Below, in pieces: positions 29,895 to 43,604 of a stretch of 64,000 nt of DNA. The position numbers and the translations under genes were made by a program. Source of the stretch: Xylographa opegraphella (Eukaryota); contig JALDZX010000037.1 of assembly GCA_022813865.1 (NCBI GenBank), positions 1 through 64,000 of the forward strand, given 5' to 3'. The notes beneath the pieces were generated by a model that saw only the letters and a program-made list of their open reading frames with translations, was not told the DNA's origin and did no database searches. How positions within the stretch are numbered: the stretch's first letter is position 1; each line of letters starts with the position of its first letter.

Positions 29895-31540
29895 CGCGAG
29901 CTTCGGTGTAGCCTCGGGTGGAGGTCTATGTGGAGCGGATAGGTGGGTTGGGGTGGGAAGTGGAGAGGTGGGCAGCGGTGGCAGGTCGTCGATTCCTTCC
30001 TCGACCAAAAGCTCCGGCGGGGGCTCTTTCTTGGACGCTTGCTGGCGATTATGCTGTCCGATCAAATCGAAGAAACTGCTTCTCGTTCGCAATCGAGGTC
30101 GAAGACCAATCATAAAACAGGCATGCGGGTTTGAAGATGGGCGTTAGAGTTGGCGAGCTAGCATATAGCTCAACTTGTGGCTTCTTTTCTGTCTTGTTCG
30201 CTCTCATCATCATCGCCGTGCTGCGGCTAGTGTTTTCGACTAGGATCAGCACGAGCACGAGAAGCTTTCACTCATCCCTTCCTACAGATTACCCCCGCCG
30301 TCTCAAGTAAATACATCTTAGTCTATGCGGCTGTTGCTCTCTATCTACATCTCGGTGGCCGACCTTGAAATACCTTGTACGGTGTGTGAGTAGCTGGTCA
30401 GCCTATCAGGTGGCCCCCTGAGCGGCGGCTTAATGGAGACGGAAACACCACTTGGCCAGAGTCAAGGGCGCGCGGTGTTTCTGGATAGTGCTACTGCTGT
30501 GACTCTTGCCCATACGTGAACGTAGGACTCCCCAGTCACAGACAGCATTATGATCGAGCGACTATCGTGTTCGACATGGCCGGTGCTGACGGACAGGCTT
30601 GGGACGTTGGTCTGGAGGGGTCTGAACGGGTGATAGGCCCGCCATTTCCCCCGAAGTTCATGTATCTAGCTCTATTACGAACCTGGATAGAGACTTAGAT
30701 ACCCTCATCCATCCCAACTGAAGCCATTCTACAGCTGCGTCTTTCTTGTGACCGTTGGTGTCCGTCCGTAGTTTCCAGATCCGTCGTACAACTACTTCAC
30801 GATCAGGACCTCTCCCTTTACACATCTCAGTCGGTTCCTCATTCCGGTACCTCGAGCTGAATCAGAGGCTTCGAGCTAGGCAGCTCACAGCTGCGAGCTC
30901 TGGACTTTGCTCCAGTTCTGGTGTCCGATCACATCTCAAACTCAGCTTCGACTCCAAGCGTGGCCGCCGTGGACCGGACGGTGCAAGCAGAAACCGAAAA
31001 GCGTGGTATCCGTTACTGGTGGACTGACCACCGTTCCAGACGGGTGTCTCCTGAAGCCTCAAGGACCTCCACGGCTTGTTGCTGAGTACTCTCAGCACTG
31101 GCTCTGAAGTATTTCCAGCGGTGAAACCGCAGCTGTTCGTCCTGGCAGACGAAGCCCCCCCACCTCTATATACCCCAATCACTTCCGACGACCCAGCCAC
31201 TACGAATAATCCAACAAGCTCTACATCCACCTTCACCTCAGCCCAAACTTTACCTTCTATAGATTCGATAAACGGTCCGGTACCATCATCGAGCATCCAG
31301 GACCAGCACTTGAATCTGACACCAACACAAGCCCGACGACCTGTACCAACGACCAACCGCCTTCAAGCTCGTCGAAGGCGTCGGAGATCTTCCTCAGAGC
31401 CTACCGAAGGCGAAAACCTTGTCGACGCGCATCGAGTTTCGGTCATAACGCAGCCAAGTAGTGCTGCAAGCGCCAACGCCCAGGAGCCTGGTGCTGGTTC
31501 TCGGAGAGAGACACCGTCTTCGCCAAAGCGGCCCCGCCTT

Positions 31541-33674
31541 ATGAGTAAAGATATGCGCAACGATTCCGAAAATTCTTCCAGTTCTAATGGCATACGTTAC
31601 CATACGAACGGCTCTTTCCTGCCCACGCTCCAGAAGGCTGCAACATCCACTACATCCAACGGCTTTGCGGCGCCAACCAACGGCGATGCGACTTCCTATA
31701 CCAATGGCTCGACACCGGTGACCGCAAGAGCAAGATCGTTGACCTATTTTGGACACGATCGGGAAGAGGTTGCTCGGCTACTCATACAAGGGTTGAACGA
31801 TCTGGGGTATAGCGAGACCGCGTACAAACTCGTTCAAGAAAGTGGATACGAGTTGGAGAGTCCCTCGGTGGCGGCATTCCGTCACGCCATTCTGAACGGA
31901 GAGTGGTCGGAGGCGGAGGCATTACTATTCGGCTCACATCGGTCGAATGATGGGGGTGGCGTCAGCATCAGCAATGTCAATGGCAGCAGACACGAAGGCC
32001 TGGTCTTGGTAGAACGAGCAGATAAGGACGTTTTGAGATTTCGTTTACGCAGACAAAAGTACCTCGAGCTACTAGAAGACCGGGATCACGGCGGTGCACT
32101 AATGGTCCTTCGCCAAGAATTGACCCCGTTACACCAAGACGTTGGACAGCTGCACATATTATCGGGGTGGGTGGCAGTCGATCACACTTCCTGGTATACG
32201 CTTGCTGATTGATCGTAGTCTTATGGTCTGCCAATCGGCCGACGAGCTGAGATCACAAGCCTCGTGGGATGGTGCTCATGGATCGTCGAGGAATTTGCTT
32301 CTGTCGGATTTATCCAGTATGGGACCACCAATGCAACTTCTTTCGTAGCCAATGCTTACATAATTTGACAGAATCAATCTCTTCGTCCGTAATGTTACCA
32401 GATCATCGTTTGGCGGTCTTGCTCGATCAAGTGAAACAAACTCAAGTCTCAAATTGTCTGTATCACAATCCAACCACATCGCCATCCCTGTTTTCGGACC
32501 ATGTCTGTGATCGAAGTCAGTTTCCTCTGCAAACACACGTCGTTCTTGTTCAACAGCATGAAATCTGGTTTGTGCAATTTTCTCATGATGGCCGGAGGTT
32601 GGCTACTGGTGGGGAGGCGACGACTGTGACGATTTATGATACTATAGACTTCCAGATACGTCACACTCTGGTCGAACATACGAAAGCGGTCGCCTACGCC
32701 GCGTGGAGCCCTGATGATACGAAGATCGTCACTTGTTCTCACGACCTCACCGCCAAAGTTTGGGACACTTCGGTCAGTGCGATGAACGGTCTTGGTATTA
32801 TTTGCTGACGAGTCGTACAGTCTGGCCGATGTATTTCCTCTATTGTGCACGGAGATGAGCCTGTCACGTCTGCCGCTTGGGCGCCAAATGGTCAGACTTT
32901 TGTTACGGGATCACTGGATAAACAATCATCCTTGCACATCTGGAATCTCAATGGCGAGATCATCCATACTTGGTCGGATAGCACACGGGTCCAAGATCTA
33001 GCTTTATCTCCCGATGGGAAGCGCCTTGTCATCATTTCTCCCGAAAGAGAGATAACGGTGTATGATTTTACCACCTGGAACGAGGAATACAGCCTGCGGC
33101 ACAAATCCAAATTGACTTGTGTCAGAATCAGTAGGGATTCAAAGTATATGTTGATCAACATGGTGGATAACGAGCTGCAACTGATCGACATTGCCTCTGC
33201 TGAAAGAGTGCGAAGGTTCCAAGGTCAGCAGCAAGGAGAATATATTATCCGGGGCTCGTTTGGGGGTGCCGATGAGAATCTGATCATAAGTGGCAGTGAA
33301 GGTAATGGAAGATCGCCTATCATGGGTTATTGTCTGAACTGACACTTTGCTGAAGATGGTCGAATCTACATATGGCATCGAGAGAACGGCACCCTGATTG
33401 AGACACTCGAAGGCCATCCAGGTGGTTGCGCGAATGCAGTAGCATGGAACCCGGCCGACTCATGCATGTTTGCATCCGGTGGAGACGACAAGAAGGTCAA
33501 AATGTGTGTTTTGACTTCTCATCACCGTTGCACCCAAAAAAGTTATGTAACTGACCTTCCGCTAGATGGTCGAAGGAGGCCACGAACGAGACCCGGATGC
33601 GACATAGTTCGACTGGGTCCTATCGCACGCATGCGGGCCGGACCTTTGACGGGTCATCCGGCATTCTCGTATGA
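31541..33674 (+). CDS. GID7: LisH/CTLH + WD40 protein, GID/CTLH E3 ligase subunit Gid7/WDR26 (true start may be further upstream)
   Basis: LisH REEVARLLIQGLNDLGY, CTLH FRHAILNGEW, RRQKYLELLE, MLPDHRLAVLL; WD repeats FSHDG, WSPDD and FASGGDD. Confidence 0.9.
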
Positions 33675-34526
33675 TTTACCGCGTTGCCTAACGCTCCAAC
33701 AAGCATCACTCGCATTGCATTGTACCAAGAAAGCGAACCCGGACGGTCTCCAAGCGGAACGACAGCGTCAGATTGCAATTCACTTGGTTAGGAAGGCGTT
33801 TGGTGGTGCTGGATGACTTCTTTGGCGTCAACATGGATGCATCAATTCCCCCTTCCGGCACATTGCATCGACCACGAGGCGGACACGACTGCTACGAGTA
33901 TGGAACTCGGCGTTGACCTACGGTGCTGCCGTTGTGCTGTTGTGTGGCATTCTCTATCTGGCAATTCATTTATATATCTTGCTCCCATCTTGCATCTGGA
34001 CAACGCAGTCGTTTGACGAGTCGCCAAGGCGCATGGTCCGTCTCCATGCTACATACCGTCAGTTGTGTCTTGCCTTTTACCTTTCTAGCCCTCTCCCATG
34101 GCATGGCACGCTCGACCCCACACGCATGACACTCGATATTACTCCCCAACCTCCCCTTCCCCTCCATCCTCCCCCTCTCTAACCACACCATGTCCGCCCC
34201 AATCCCAGCATAAGCCCTACAGCCACTCGCCACTCACCACCCGCCATACGATCTCCCCAAAGGGAGACATCCCCGTGAACAACCAATCAACCAACCAGCC
34301 AGCCGGCTCACCACCATCCCCGCGGACCATATCCGAGACCCGGAACACAAGCCTACATCCTCCCTCCCCATAACAGACTCGGATAAGGATAAAGAACCCT
34401 AGAGGCGCGAGAGTGGGAGACGTAGTGCTGAGCTGAGCGTTTTTTACGGGGGGAAGGGGGGGGAAGCGATGAGGGGATGTGAGTTGGGATTATGCTCGAG
34501 ATTTGGTCCCGTATGTGGTGGATTCC

Positions 34527-34609
34527 GTTGCGGAAGGGATTTGGATAAGGGGTGGTAGGGTAGGGAAGGGTTGCGGAGGGGATGTGATAAGGGGTGGTAG
34601 GGCAGGGAA
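34527..34609 (+). repeat. ~42-bp tandem duplication of a G-rich unit with G-quadruplex potential
   Basis: gttgcgga(a/g)gggat..gataaggggtggtaggg(t/c)agggaa occurs twice; GGGG-tggta-GGG-ta-GGG-aa-GGG at 34549-34570. Confidence 0.8.
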
Positions 34610-34896
34610 AGACGTTCGATGGCTTTGTGACGGCTCTTCGAGACTTCGTTCGCATGCTCGCTTCTACACCCTACTCTTTCCTATAGTGTGGGATACGGTT
34701 ACGGTAAGGTAGCCTTCTTGTCTGCATACCTTATACATATACATACACGACTCCGCAGGCGCTTGACCACACAGCCGTGCTGGCTGCCCGCCCAATGCAC
34801 ACCGCACACCACACGCTATACCTCACAGATCCCCGCGCCCGTGTCCACAGTAACGCCGACCCCGGGATGTAAATACGACGCACGCCGCCCAACGCG

Positions 34897-36824
34897 CTAG
34901 ACCTCCTCGTCGCTGATCTCCATCATGCTCTTCTCGCCCACATCCTCCACCGCACGCACAACCCTCTCCCCCCCCCTCCCCACCGCCCTCCTCCTCTCCA
35001 CCGCCCGTAGGACCCCCTCCTTGCGCCTCTCAACCACGCCCTCCACCGCCTCATCCCCGGCGCCAAAGCTCTCTCCGAGGCTCAAGCCACCCATGCCGTC
35101 GCCGCGACTATTCTCCTCCAGCGCCCTGCCAAGCAGATCCGTGGCGACCGGATCCTGCGCACTGATGCCCAGCGCCTCGTGCAGCGCCACCACAGCCTCC
35201 CACGCGCGGCCCATCTCCAGCAGCACGAGGCCCTTGGCCGTGAAGACGCCGGCGTCCTTGCCGCCCTGGCGGAGCACCTCCTCGAACTCCGCGAGCGCGG
35301 CGCCCCACTGGCTCTGCCGGCGGTACGCGTGCCCGAGGTTGGCGCGCGTGGCGATCCAGGCCTTGGGGTCGCTGTCGATGTCGCGGGCGATGGTGAGCGC
35401 GCGAGTGAACATGGTGATGGCGGGGCCGAGGTGGTCGAGGTGGTAGAAGACGACGCCGAGCTCGTTGAGGAGGAGGGGGTCCGTCTGGCACAGTTGCTGG
35501 GCGGCGTTGAGGTACTCCTGCGCGAGCGTCATGTTGTTGAGCTGAAGGTTCTGCATGCCGAGGAAGAGCTGCGGGAGGTGGGTGCCTTGGAAGAGGCGGG
35601 CGGCCGTGCTGTAAGCGGATATAGCCTGGTCGTGCTCACCTTCGGCGGCAAAGGTATGGGCAAAGCCGATCCAGGCGGGGCCAAAGTGCGGATCCATCAT
35701 TGAGGCTTTGGAGAAGAAGCGCCGTGCTTCTGCGATCTTGGAGATGCTGAGGTAGTAAACGCCAACGGCAAGCCAGGTGGCCGGCTCTTCGGGATGATGG
35801 TCGGCAAGGCGATGCGAGAGGAGAAAGAGAGTGTTGGTTTGAGAGAGCTCGTGCAGGCAAGCGAGGTGGAGAGGGTATATGGCAAAGTTGTACTCGTCCG
35901 TATCGAGAATGGAGGTGGTGATAGCGAGGGCTTCCTTGAAGCGGCACTGCGTAAACAGGAGGTCGGCTTTCGCAAGGAGGAGGTCTGGATTCTGAGCGAG
36001 GCGGTAATGAGTCGAGAGGGTTTCGGTAGCGTTGGTGAACTCGGCTGGGTTCTTGTACTTGGAAAGACGAGTGGTGTAGAGCATCTTGACAAATTGTGCG
36101 GCTTCTTGTGATGTCGAGAGATCCTCGGCGGAGATGGAGTCGAAGTCGAGCGACTCGAGAAACGCCCACTCCTCGTCCGGTGACATGAGAGAATTCTTCA
36201 TCAGCTGGTCGAACGCTTCGAAGCACTGCACGTCTATCCGGACAGCATCTTTGTAGCATTCCTTTGCACGATCGAAAGCGTTTTGCTTCGCGAAGCATAT
36301 GCCACGCAAATAGCACATGGCAGCCTCGAACTTGACGTCCGAGACATCTTCTCTGTCCCTCTCCTCGCTCACTTCTATCCTGTCCGGCCTCGCTGCAAGC
36401 TTAATCGTTTTGCCAGCACCATTGCGCAGATTCCCATTCGAGTGCTGCAACTTTCGTCGCGCCTTACTTGACGAAGAGATCAAATGAGTCGGATCCTTGT
36501 CTCCCAAAATACCCAGGGCCTCGTCGTATTTGTATTGCTTGATGTTGCAATGAGCAGCAAGATAGCGGCACGAAGGACTGTGATCAACAAGATTGTGTTT
36601 GGTGAGAAAGCTCTGGGCGCGAGTGTAGTTGCCGGTGGAGAAATGGACTTGTGCAAGCCAAAAGGCGTCTTTCGGGTCATCTGGTAACTATTAATGTCCT
36701 GTATTCACCAGGTGAGCAGCTCCTCACTTGTAAGAGCGAGCAGCTTGTCACCGATATAGATTGCTGACTCGTACTGATGTTTGTTTATGGCATCCTGCCG
36801 CCAGTCCTTCAATAGCTTTTCCAT
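34897..36824 (-). CDS. CDC16: Anaphase-promoting complex TPR subunit Apc6/Cdc16/Cut9
   Basis: MEKLLKDWRQDAINKHQY, ARRFFSKA, FGPAWIGFAHTFAAEGEHDQAISAYSTAARLF, DPLLLNELGV. One intron near 36727-36683. Confidence 0.93.
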
Positions 36825-37910
36825 TGACAGGAAATGTCTGGTCGTACAATAGTAATGATTATGAGTGTTTCAAAGTCTCGAGGCTCTGTCCTGTCATCTT
36901 GGCTTCTGCAAGGGCTTTAACGATTGTGTGATGAATGGTTCTGAGCCTCACAGCAGGACGCGGCGCGTTGTCCTCGAAGTGTTTCTTAACTCCGTTCTAA
37001 ATCCGTATTCATATATCTTGGCGTTCAAGACGGTCATTTATCTAAGGTACCATAGATATCCAGGGTACCAGGAAAGGCAGACACGGTGATTAATACCTTT
37101 CAACCGCCCAATGAGCAGATTTTATAGCATGATCAAATAGTTTTATAATCACAATCGACTGCGCACAATTGACACTTCCGGGAACTGTGCTAGAAAATAG
37201 TTTATGCTAACAGATCAGGCACAACGGCAGAGCTATCAAGTACAGAAGCCCAACGGTTCCCTCTCACCAAGATACATTCGGAAGCAACATCCAGCGCGAA
37301 CACGCAGCAGACCGGACAAATTGTCGAAGCCTAGTCCGTCCAAGTGCCATCCAGTCTAGCTATCCCCCAAAAGATTGCCCGCGATACGATGAGCTCCTGA
37401 CATCCTCCGCCACAGTTGCACATATGTTCGCTATTAGCCCCATCTAGTTTTCCTTGCTTTTACTTTCCACAAAGACCAATACAGATGGATGGATGGTGAA
37501 CAGCAATACTACTGACAGAAGAATCGAACAAGAAAGCAAAAGATGGAAAAAGCTGCTCAACCGAAACGAAACACACCATATTAACAAACAAGACCGCCCA
37601 CTCTCCTCTAAGTTCCACCCCACATACTTTTTCAAGGTAACTCAACCCGTGCCCCCGTCCAACACCACCCTGGCTGACCCTCCCGCTATGCAGTCGAACT
37701 GGAGATCTATGACCCATCCATATCCTGAACACATCAATTCTCGCGTCCACATTAAGATATCGCTTCCATGGGAAAGGCCGAAGAAACTCCGTCGCTTCTG
37801 TTGATACTTCCATTTTCCAGCCATGCCGCGGTCGCTCGATCGTTTTGCAATCTAGACAATACGTACAAATCCCCATACCCCCCAACCATATGAAAAGACC
37901 GTGTTAGCAT

Positions 37911-40057
37911 TCATGCTGGAGACTTGTTGGAATTAGTGCCATTCCGACGGGCGTCGTCGCTCATCGAGAGACTGCCAAGGCCAGAAGAGAGGAATGCAAA
38001 AGGATCAGACGCTCCGTCCATTGCTCCATATGCATTGCCGTAAGAGCCGTTCGAGGCACCAGTAGATGGAATACCGTTTCCAGCTGAGGTGAAGGCCGCC
38101 TCCGCAGCGCGACTATCAAATGGACCTCCAGAATGTCCCATGCTAGAACCCATACTGGACTGTCCATATCCACCGCTCATGGACTGGTAAGCCCCAGTGG
38201 GAGCACCGAGTCCAGCAGGAAGAGCGTACGTGCTTGGCGGGCCTCCGTAGTGCTGGCCCCCAAATGCTCCAGAGCCGTAGCCGCCAGCGGCAGCGGCAAA
38301 CGGCCCAGGACCGGGAGTACCAGCCATGGAAGGTGGACCCATACTATAGCCCGAAGGGGCATCGAGTGGTGAGGAGAATGAAGAGTCAGCCACAACAGCA
38401 GCTCCAGCTCGACTGGCTCCGCAACGGAGACAGCTGATATTTTTGGCAAAATTGTGGTAACCGCAGCCTTCGGATCCACACTTCCAATCCCCAGCTCTGA
38501 ATGGGACCATACCGCCTCCTCCACCCATACCGCGTGAGTGGCCGATTCCATGACCCCCATGGTGTCCCATGTGGTGATGATGATGCATCATGTGAGGCGC
38601 ACCATAGCTATAGCTGGAGTAGCCCATTGGATCACCACCTGGAGCAGCAGAAACAGCGGGGTACGAACAACGGAAGCATGCTGTACGACGCTGGAAGTTA
38701 GAGAAACCACATGATGGGCAGGTCCAATCGCCAGGACGTGGGCGATTTTTGCTTGGAGGAAACGGAGTCAAAATCTCTGCGGCACGATCGAGAACGCGAC
38801 TCGATGACGGAGAGACTTCAATGGCCTTTTCATTAAGTGCACGACCATTCATGCATAAGCTTTCAGCCGCCTGTACAGGAACAGTTAGAATCGAGACTCA
38901 GACACATCGGATGAAAACAACTTGATGCATAGAAAGAAAGAAATAGATAGTAGATGATAGAATAGAAGTGAAAGATGTCTGTTCCGCACTTGCAAAAAAA
39001 CACTAACCTCTTCGTGTGATGAGAACACAGCAAACCCAGAGCCTGTAGGCTTATGTTGATCAGGCGTACGTAGTGTCCAGAACGCAATTGGGCGACCTCC
39101 AAACTGTGTGAACCAGCTTTCCAACTCGGATTGGGTCGTATCGTGCGGAAGACCACTCATGTGCAAGACTTTGCTTCGCTCCGACAAGAAAGCTCGGACA
39201 TCTGCTCTGGCATCCATAGGCCGAGTCAAGACATCAGCATGTTCATGAGGCGGCTGAGACTTTCGAATGAGACCTCGAAGGACTCTAGCCAATGTAACAG
39301 CCTCTTCCATTGCGCGGCGTGGAGAAGCGGGTGCCAAAGCCTGAAGGTGGAATGGCAAATTATGCTTGATAGGAGCTGATGCTTGGACCGGCTCGACTTC
39401 GAGAGCAGCACAGATATTCGCTAGAGAGCTCGGGCCAAACGGTAGCGACTCCGGATGATATTGTTGCCAACGCTGGTATTCCGTGCGTAGATCAAAGGTG
39501 CGGGAGTGCTGAAGGTATGGTGGGAGTACCACCGCTTTGTCGCGGGCCTCACGCGGAAGCTGTACTCGAAGATCCCATGAATCAAGAGTGACAAAGGAGA
39601 ACTCAAGGTTGTCTGGCACCAGATGCTCTTGTGCAAACGTGTCGAAGCGGTTGATGGCATCGCGGAAAGTACCAGCGGTACGGACATGCTCCCAAGTCAA
39701 GGTTGTGAGGCTGGCTATAAGACGGTATATTAGCGGAAGCCCCGAAAGCCTGAATATCCACGTAGAACTACTCACTACAAAGGGGAGTAATAGGGGTATT
39801 GATCGGTTTGACCAGTACGCTCTCACGATGCAACTAGTTGGACACATTAGCATAGGTTCTCATGACGGCAGCACTTGGCTGGATTTTAAATCAATGGTTA
39901 CCTCTTCGCAACTATTCGCATCCAGTAAGATCCATCCAAGCTCAATGACCTCAGCTGAGTCTTTGGTCACATAGACGCCGTGCTCATCACAGGTGGTAGC
40001 AACATGGATGACGACGTAGCGGTCAAGATTGGGCTTAGGACCTTGAGCGTTAGCCAT
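37911..40057 (-). CDS. NRP1: RNA-binding protein Nrp1/ARP (exonuclease-like domain, RRM, two RanBP2 zinc fingers)
   Basis: GLPHDTTQSELESWFTQFGGRP; RPGDWTCPSCGFSNFQRRTACFRC; RAGDWKC..CGYHNFAKNISCLRC. Two introns. Confidence 0.9.
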
Positions 40058-42051
40058 TGCAGGTAATGATATATCTAGCTCCCAAACAAGCCAGTTCCTC
40101 TCCCACTGTGTTCAAGCCTTCAATGATCCGGCTTAAATGGTATTGTGGGGAAAGAGTGGACGTGCTGGCCAAGGAGTCGAAATTGTTCGAGTATTATTAG
40201 AGTGTGCGGACGACGAGCGAAATCGAAGCAGTTGCTGACTGTGCTCGACGCTAGACGAAAGGAACAGTATTGGCGTCTTCTACGCGGACTCAGTCGTGAC
40301 TTAAAGGAGTGGCAGAAGATTGAGTGCGAATAGCATAGAGGGGGACGTCGAAGATGAGAATATAGAACGTTAGGCCGAAATTTGATGGCGCCAAACTCGC
40401 CAAAACAGAGGACCGCGCAAGCCACTGGGATTTCACGCTACGGCCCATACACACGAGCACTGTTTATACTGCATCAACACACTCTCGTCCGTATGACACC
40501 TCGCCTGGATAACATAATTTCCCCATACACATCGCTGCCTGTATTCACGCTGCAGCCAATGACCCGAAGCGAACCCTATGGAACGTAAAATGGCTCAAAA
40601 GAGAGATGTATCAGATTTATTCGCGACGGCCCGGTGAGCGGTCAGGGATCAAGCACGCCTACATCATCCGGCATGCCACCTCAGATCACCAATGCATGCA
40701 TCCCGCACGCGGCACTACATGGTCTGAGGAATATCGTGTTCCTCCAGCGTGTGTGGTGATTGTTGCTGGACGAACTCCACCCCTTGCAGCATGACAGGTC
40801 ACGCGTACTGACCCCTATTACTCGAGCCAATCGAGTGGAGCATGGGCGAGGTGCAGCTTGCAGCGCTCTCGTGGCTGTGCATGTTCTGTCACCATGGGCA
40901 AATGATCTTGTTGTGGGAATTGGCAGCCTCAATTTATATGTCGGTTTCATTTGATGGAGACCCAAATTGCCTAGACGCCTAGCTTGTGGACCACAGTCCT
41001 GAAGCTTCTCGTGTCCACTTCCTCCAGCAAAGTAGTTGCCTGTCAAATCCAAGGTCGCAGTACGGTTTAAGCATTTCCTCCTCATACATCTGCAGTACCC
41101 GGGGCACAGCAAAACCCTTCAACACCCTGTCCACTGAATAGTGGCAGCTCTCGGTCTACCAGTCCAACTGATATTAGGCCGTCCAGTATAGGGTCATTCG
41201 TGCCGTCGCCTCGAGCCAGATACAATATTAGCACAAGTACAGAAACGAACATGAACATACATGCATTCAATTATTGGGTGGATTACAATGCCCAACCTTG
41301 TATACCTTCCCTGTACCAGAGTCCTGTAAGGAATCCATTGCCTGACCATCACCACCTTACACCTCATTTCGCAGCCCGCCATCTACCAGCCCAGCGTTTC
41401 GCGGCTAATGATATAAGTGAGAGTTGATGCGAGAACATCCAATTCACATCACGCGCCGTAAACACCCAACAAAGCACCGGACTAGCTGAACACGGCAATA
41501 AGACACCACAACACAAAAGCAACCTCACCGGCTGAAGATCAAGCAGACTCATTGGCCGCATCACCAGACACCACAAAATAGCCATGAATGATACTAGAAT
41601 CTCAATCGACCGAAATCTGAAAGCTGGGAACTAGCACGATGCCATATGTAACGAACTCAGAACCTCAAGGGCGAGCATCAAACGGAGGCTGTTGAAAAAA
41701 GCAAATCTAAAGAATACTCCACCATTCACTGAGCGGTCAGATGCAATGCTGTGCCTTAGTGCGCTCCGAGAAGCTGGTAACTATTGTGCCACATTGATAA
41801 CACATGTGCAGGGCAACGCGTACCAGTCGAACAGCCTACAATGAATGGCAAGTTAGGACGAACGGGCACGATGCAGCGAGAAATCCGGTACTTTATCACA
41901 CCGACAGCTTGGTCACGCGACAAGCGAGAAGCCACTGCATATTGAACTCCAAACACGTAAATGCCTGCTGTATATACAGCACGATCCTACGATCCATGCA
42001 AATCGTAGACACATACGCTCCGGAGTGAGCCATCACATACCGGCCACTGAA

Positions 42052-43175
42052 TCAATGCCTGGTCGCACGCAGCTCTCTCCTCCTACCCCAGCATTAGCAA
42101 CCCTCAACCCCCCTGATGCAGCCAGGAAGGAAGAACTCACCACCACCCTTTGAAGTCCTGCGTCCACACCGGCACGCCCAGCTCCTTCAGTGCTTTGGTC
42201 GACAAGTGCGTATCATACGGTCTCTGCACCCCCGTTCCTGCCTCCTTCACGCCCACCATGCCCTCCAACGGCAAATCCAAGATCTCGGCCAACAGTCGGC
42301 AGATCTCGAACTTCGTGTAGCGGTCCTCGGACGAGAACTGCAGTATCTTGGGCAGCTGCGCTCTTTCTGTTTTGCCGGCACCCAGATACTTGGTGGCAAT
42401 GTCCTGGCAGACGCGACCAACGTCTTCGGTATTGGTGGGATAGCGCTGAGCCCAATCGTCCATTGAAATCTTGGCCTCCTTTTCCTGGGATTGCAAGACC
42501 TTGTTTAGGAGGACGTTGACGGCGCTTTCGCTGTGGTCGTTGGTGCTACCGTAGAGGACTTGCACGCGGAGCACGACGCCAAGGTTCGTTTCCACTGTTT
42601 GCTCCAAAGTAGCCTTCTCGCCATCTAATTTGGTCTGACCATAAAGGTTGGTGGGATGGGTGGGGGCATCGTTCTCGTAGGGTGCTTCGCCGGGCTTGCC
42701 GGGAAAGACGTAGTCGGTCGATATGTAGACGAGAAGGATGCCTCGGGACGAAGTTGCCTGTGCAAGAGTTCGTGTAGCCTCGACGTTGAGTGCTCGTGCT
42801 CCTTTAGGATCGGCATCACATTTGTCGGGAGATCTATTCGCGGCGCCTGAATGGTGAAGTGTCAGCCATGCAACGCGAGAGGTAATTGACAGGCTTACAG
42901 TGCACGACTACCTGCGGCCTTCAACCGCACCATCGAATCAGCCGTTGATCACACCATGAACGTGTGACTTTTTAACTTGAACTGGCAGGCTCATACTTCT
43001 CCTCGTCCAAGAGAGCTGTGACTGCAGATGAGTCAACGATGTCAAGCTTGCGTGTGGTTTTGGTTGAACGGGTAAACCCGGTCTCAATAACTTCCCAGGC
43101 AGCGCTCTTGAACTCCGAAACCACTTGACGGCCAAGTAGACCTGTAGCACCGGTAACGAGAGCTTTACGAGGCAT
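42052..43175 (-). CDS. NAD(P)-dependent RmlD/MAT2B-like reductase, multi-exon
   Basis: VTGATGLLG, YISTDYVFPG, PTNLYGQTK (YxxxK), RPYDTHLS; last exon RRELRATRH*. Confidence 0.9.
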
Positions 43176-43471
43176 TGTAGGATTCTCACGAGAGCTCGGT
43201 GGACGTCAGGTCATTAATGTCATACCTTGTATAAACAACTGTGACAACTACATCACGTAACGCGTCCCATCAGTGAAAACTTTTCTAACCATTAAAAGTC
43301 TTTCATCACAGCTGTCTATAACCACTCAGCTACAATCCTACCAACAAAGTAATATCACCCCAGCCCGTCTCACATCCCATCCTCCGTCAAACCACTCCTC
43401 TCCGCACCCACCCACAAGGGGCACGAACGATGAAAAGCCTTCCCGTCCACAAGGAACGATATTGCACAATA

Positions 43472-43604
43472 GCAGTTTTCCAAAAATTCCCATCCGAAAC
43501 CCGAAGGCTCCAGATGAAGCGGTCAATAGTTGTAGTTTTCAACTAGCAAAAACGCGATCTCGGACGAATCCTCACTGATACGCGTAAAGCCCTTGCACTT
43601 AGAT
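43472..43604 (-). ncRNA. U4 spliceosomal snRNA
   Basis: The minus strand reads AUCUAAGUGCAAGGGC...ACGCGUAUCAGUGAGGAUUCGUCCGAGAUCGCGUUUUUGCUAGUUGAAAA...GGGAAUUUUUGG. This gives the U6-pairing 5' end, the k-turn 5' stem-loop close to yeast U4, stem I UGCUAGUU and an Sm site. End positions are approximate. Confidence 0.92.

Noticed and set aside
34068..34081. U5 snRNA loop I match (tcttgccttttacc)
   Set aside because: The closing stem is missing (followed by tttc rather than aga) and there is no Sm site nearby.
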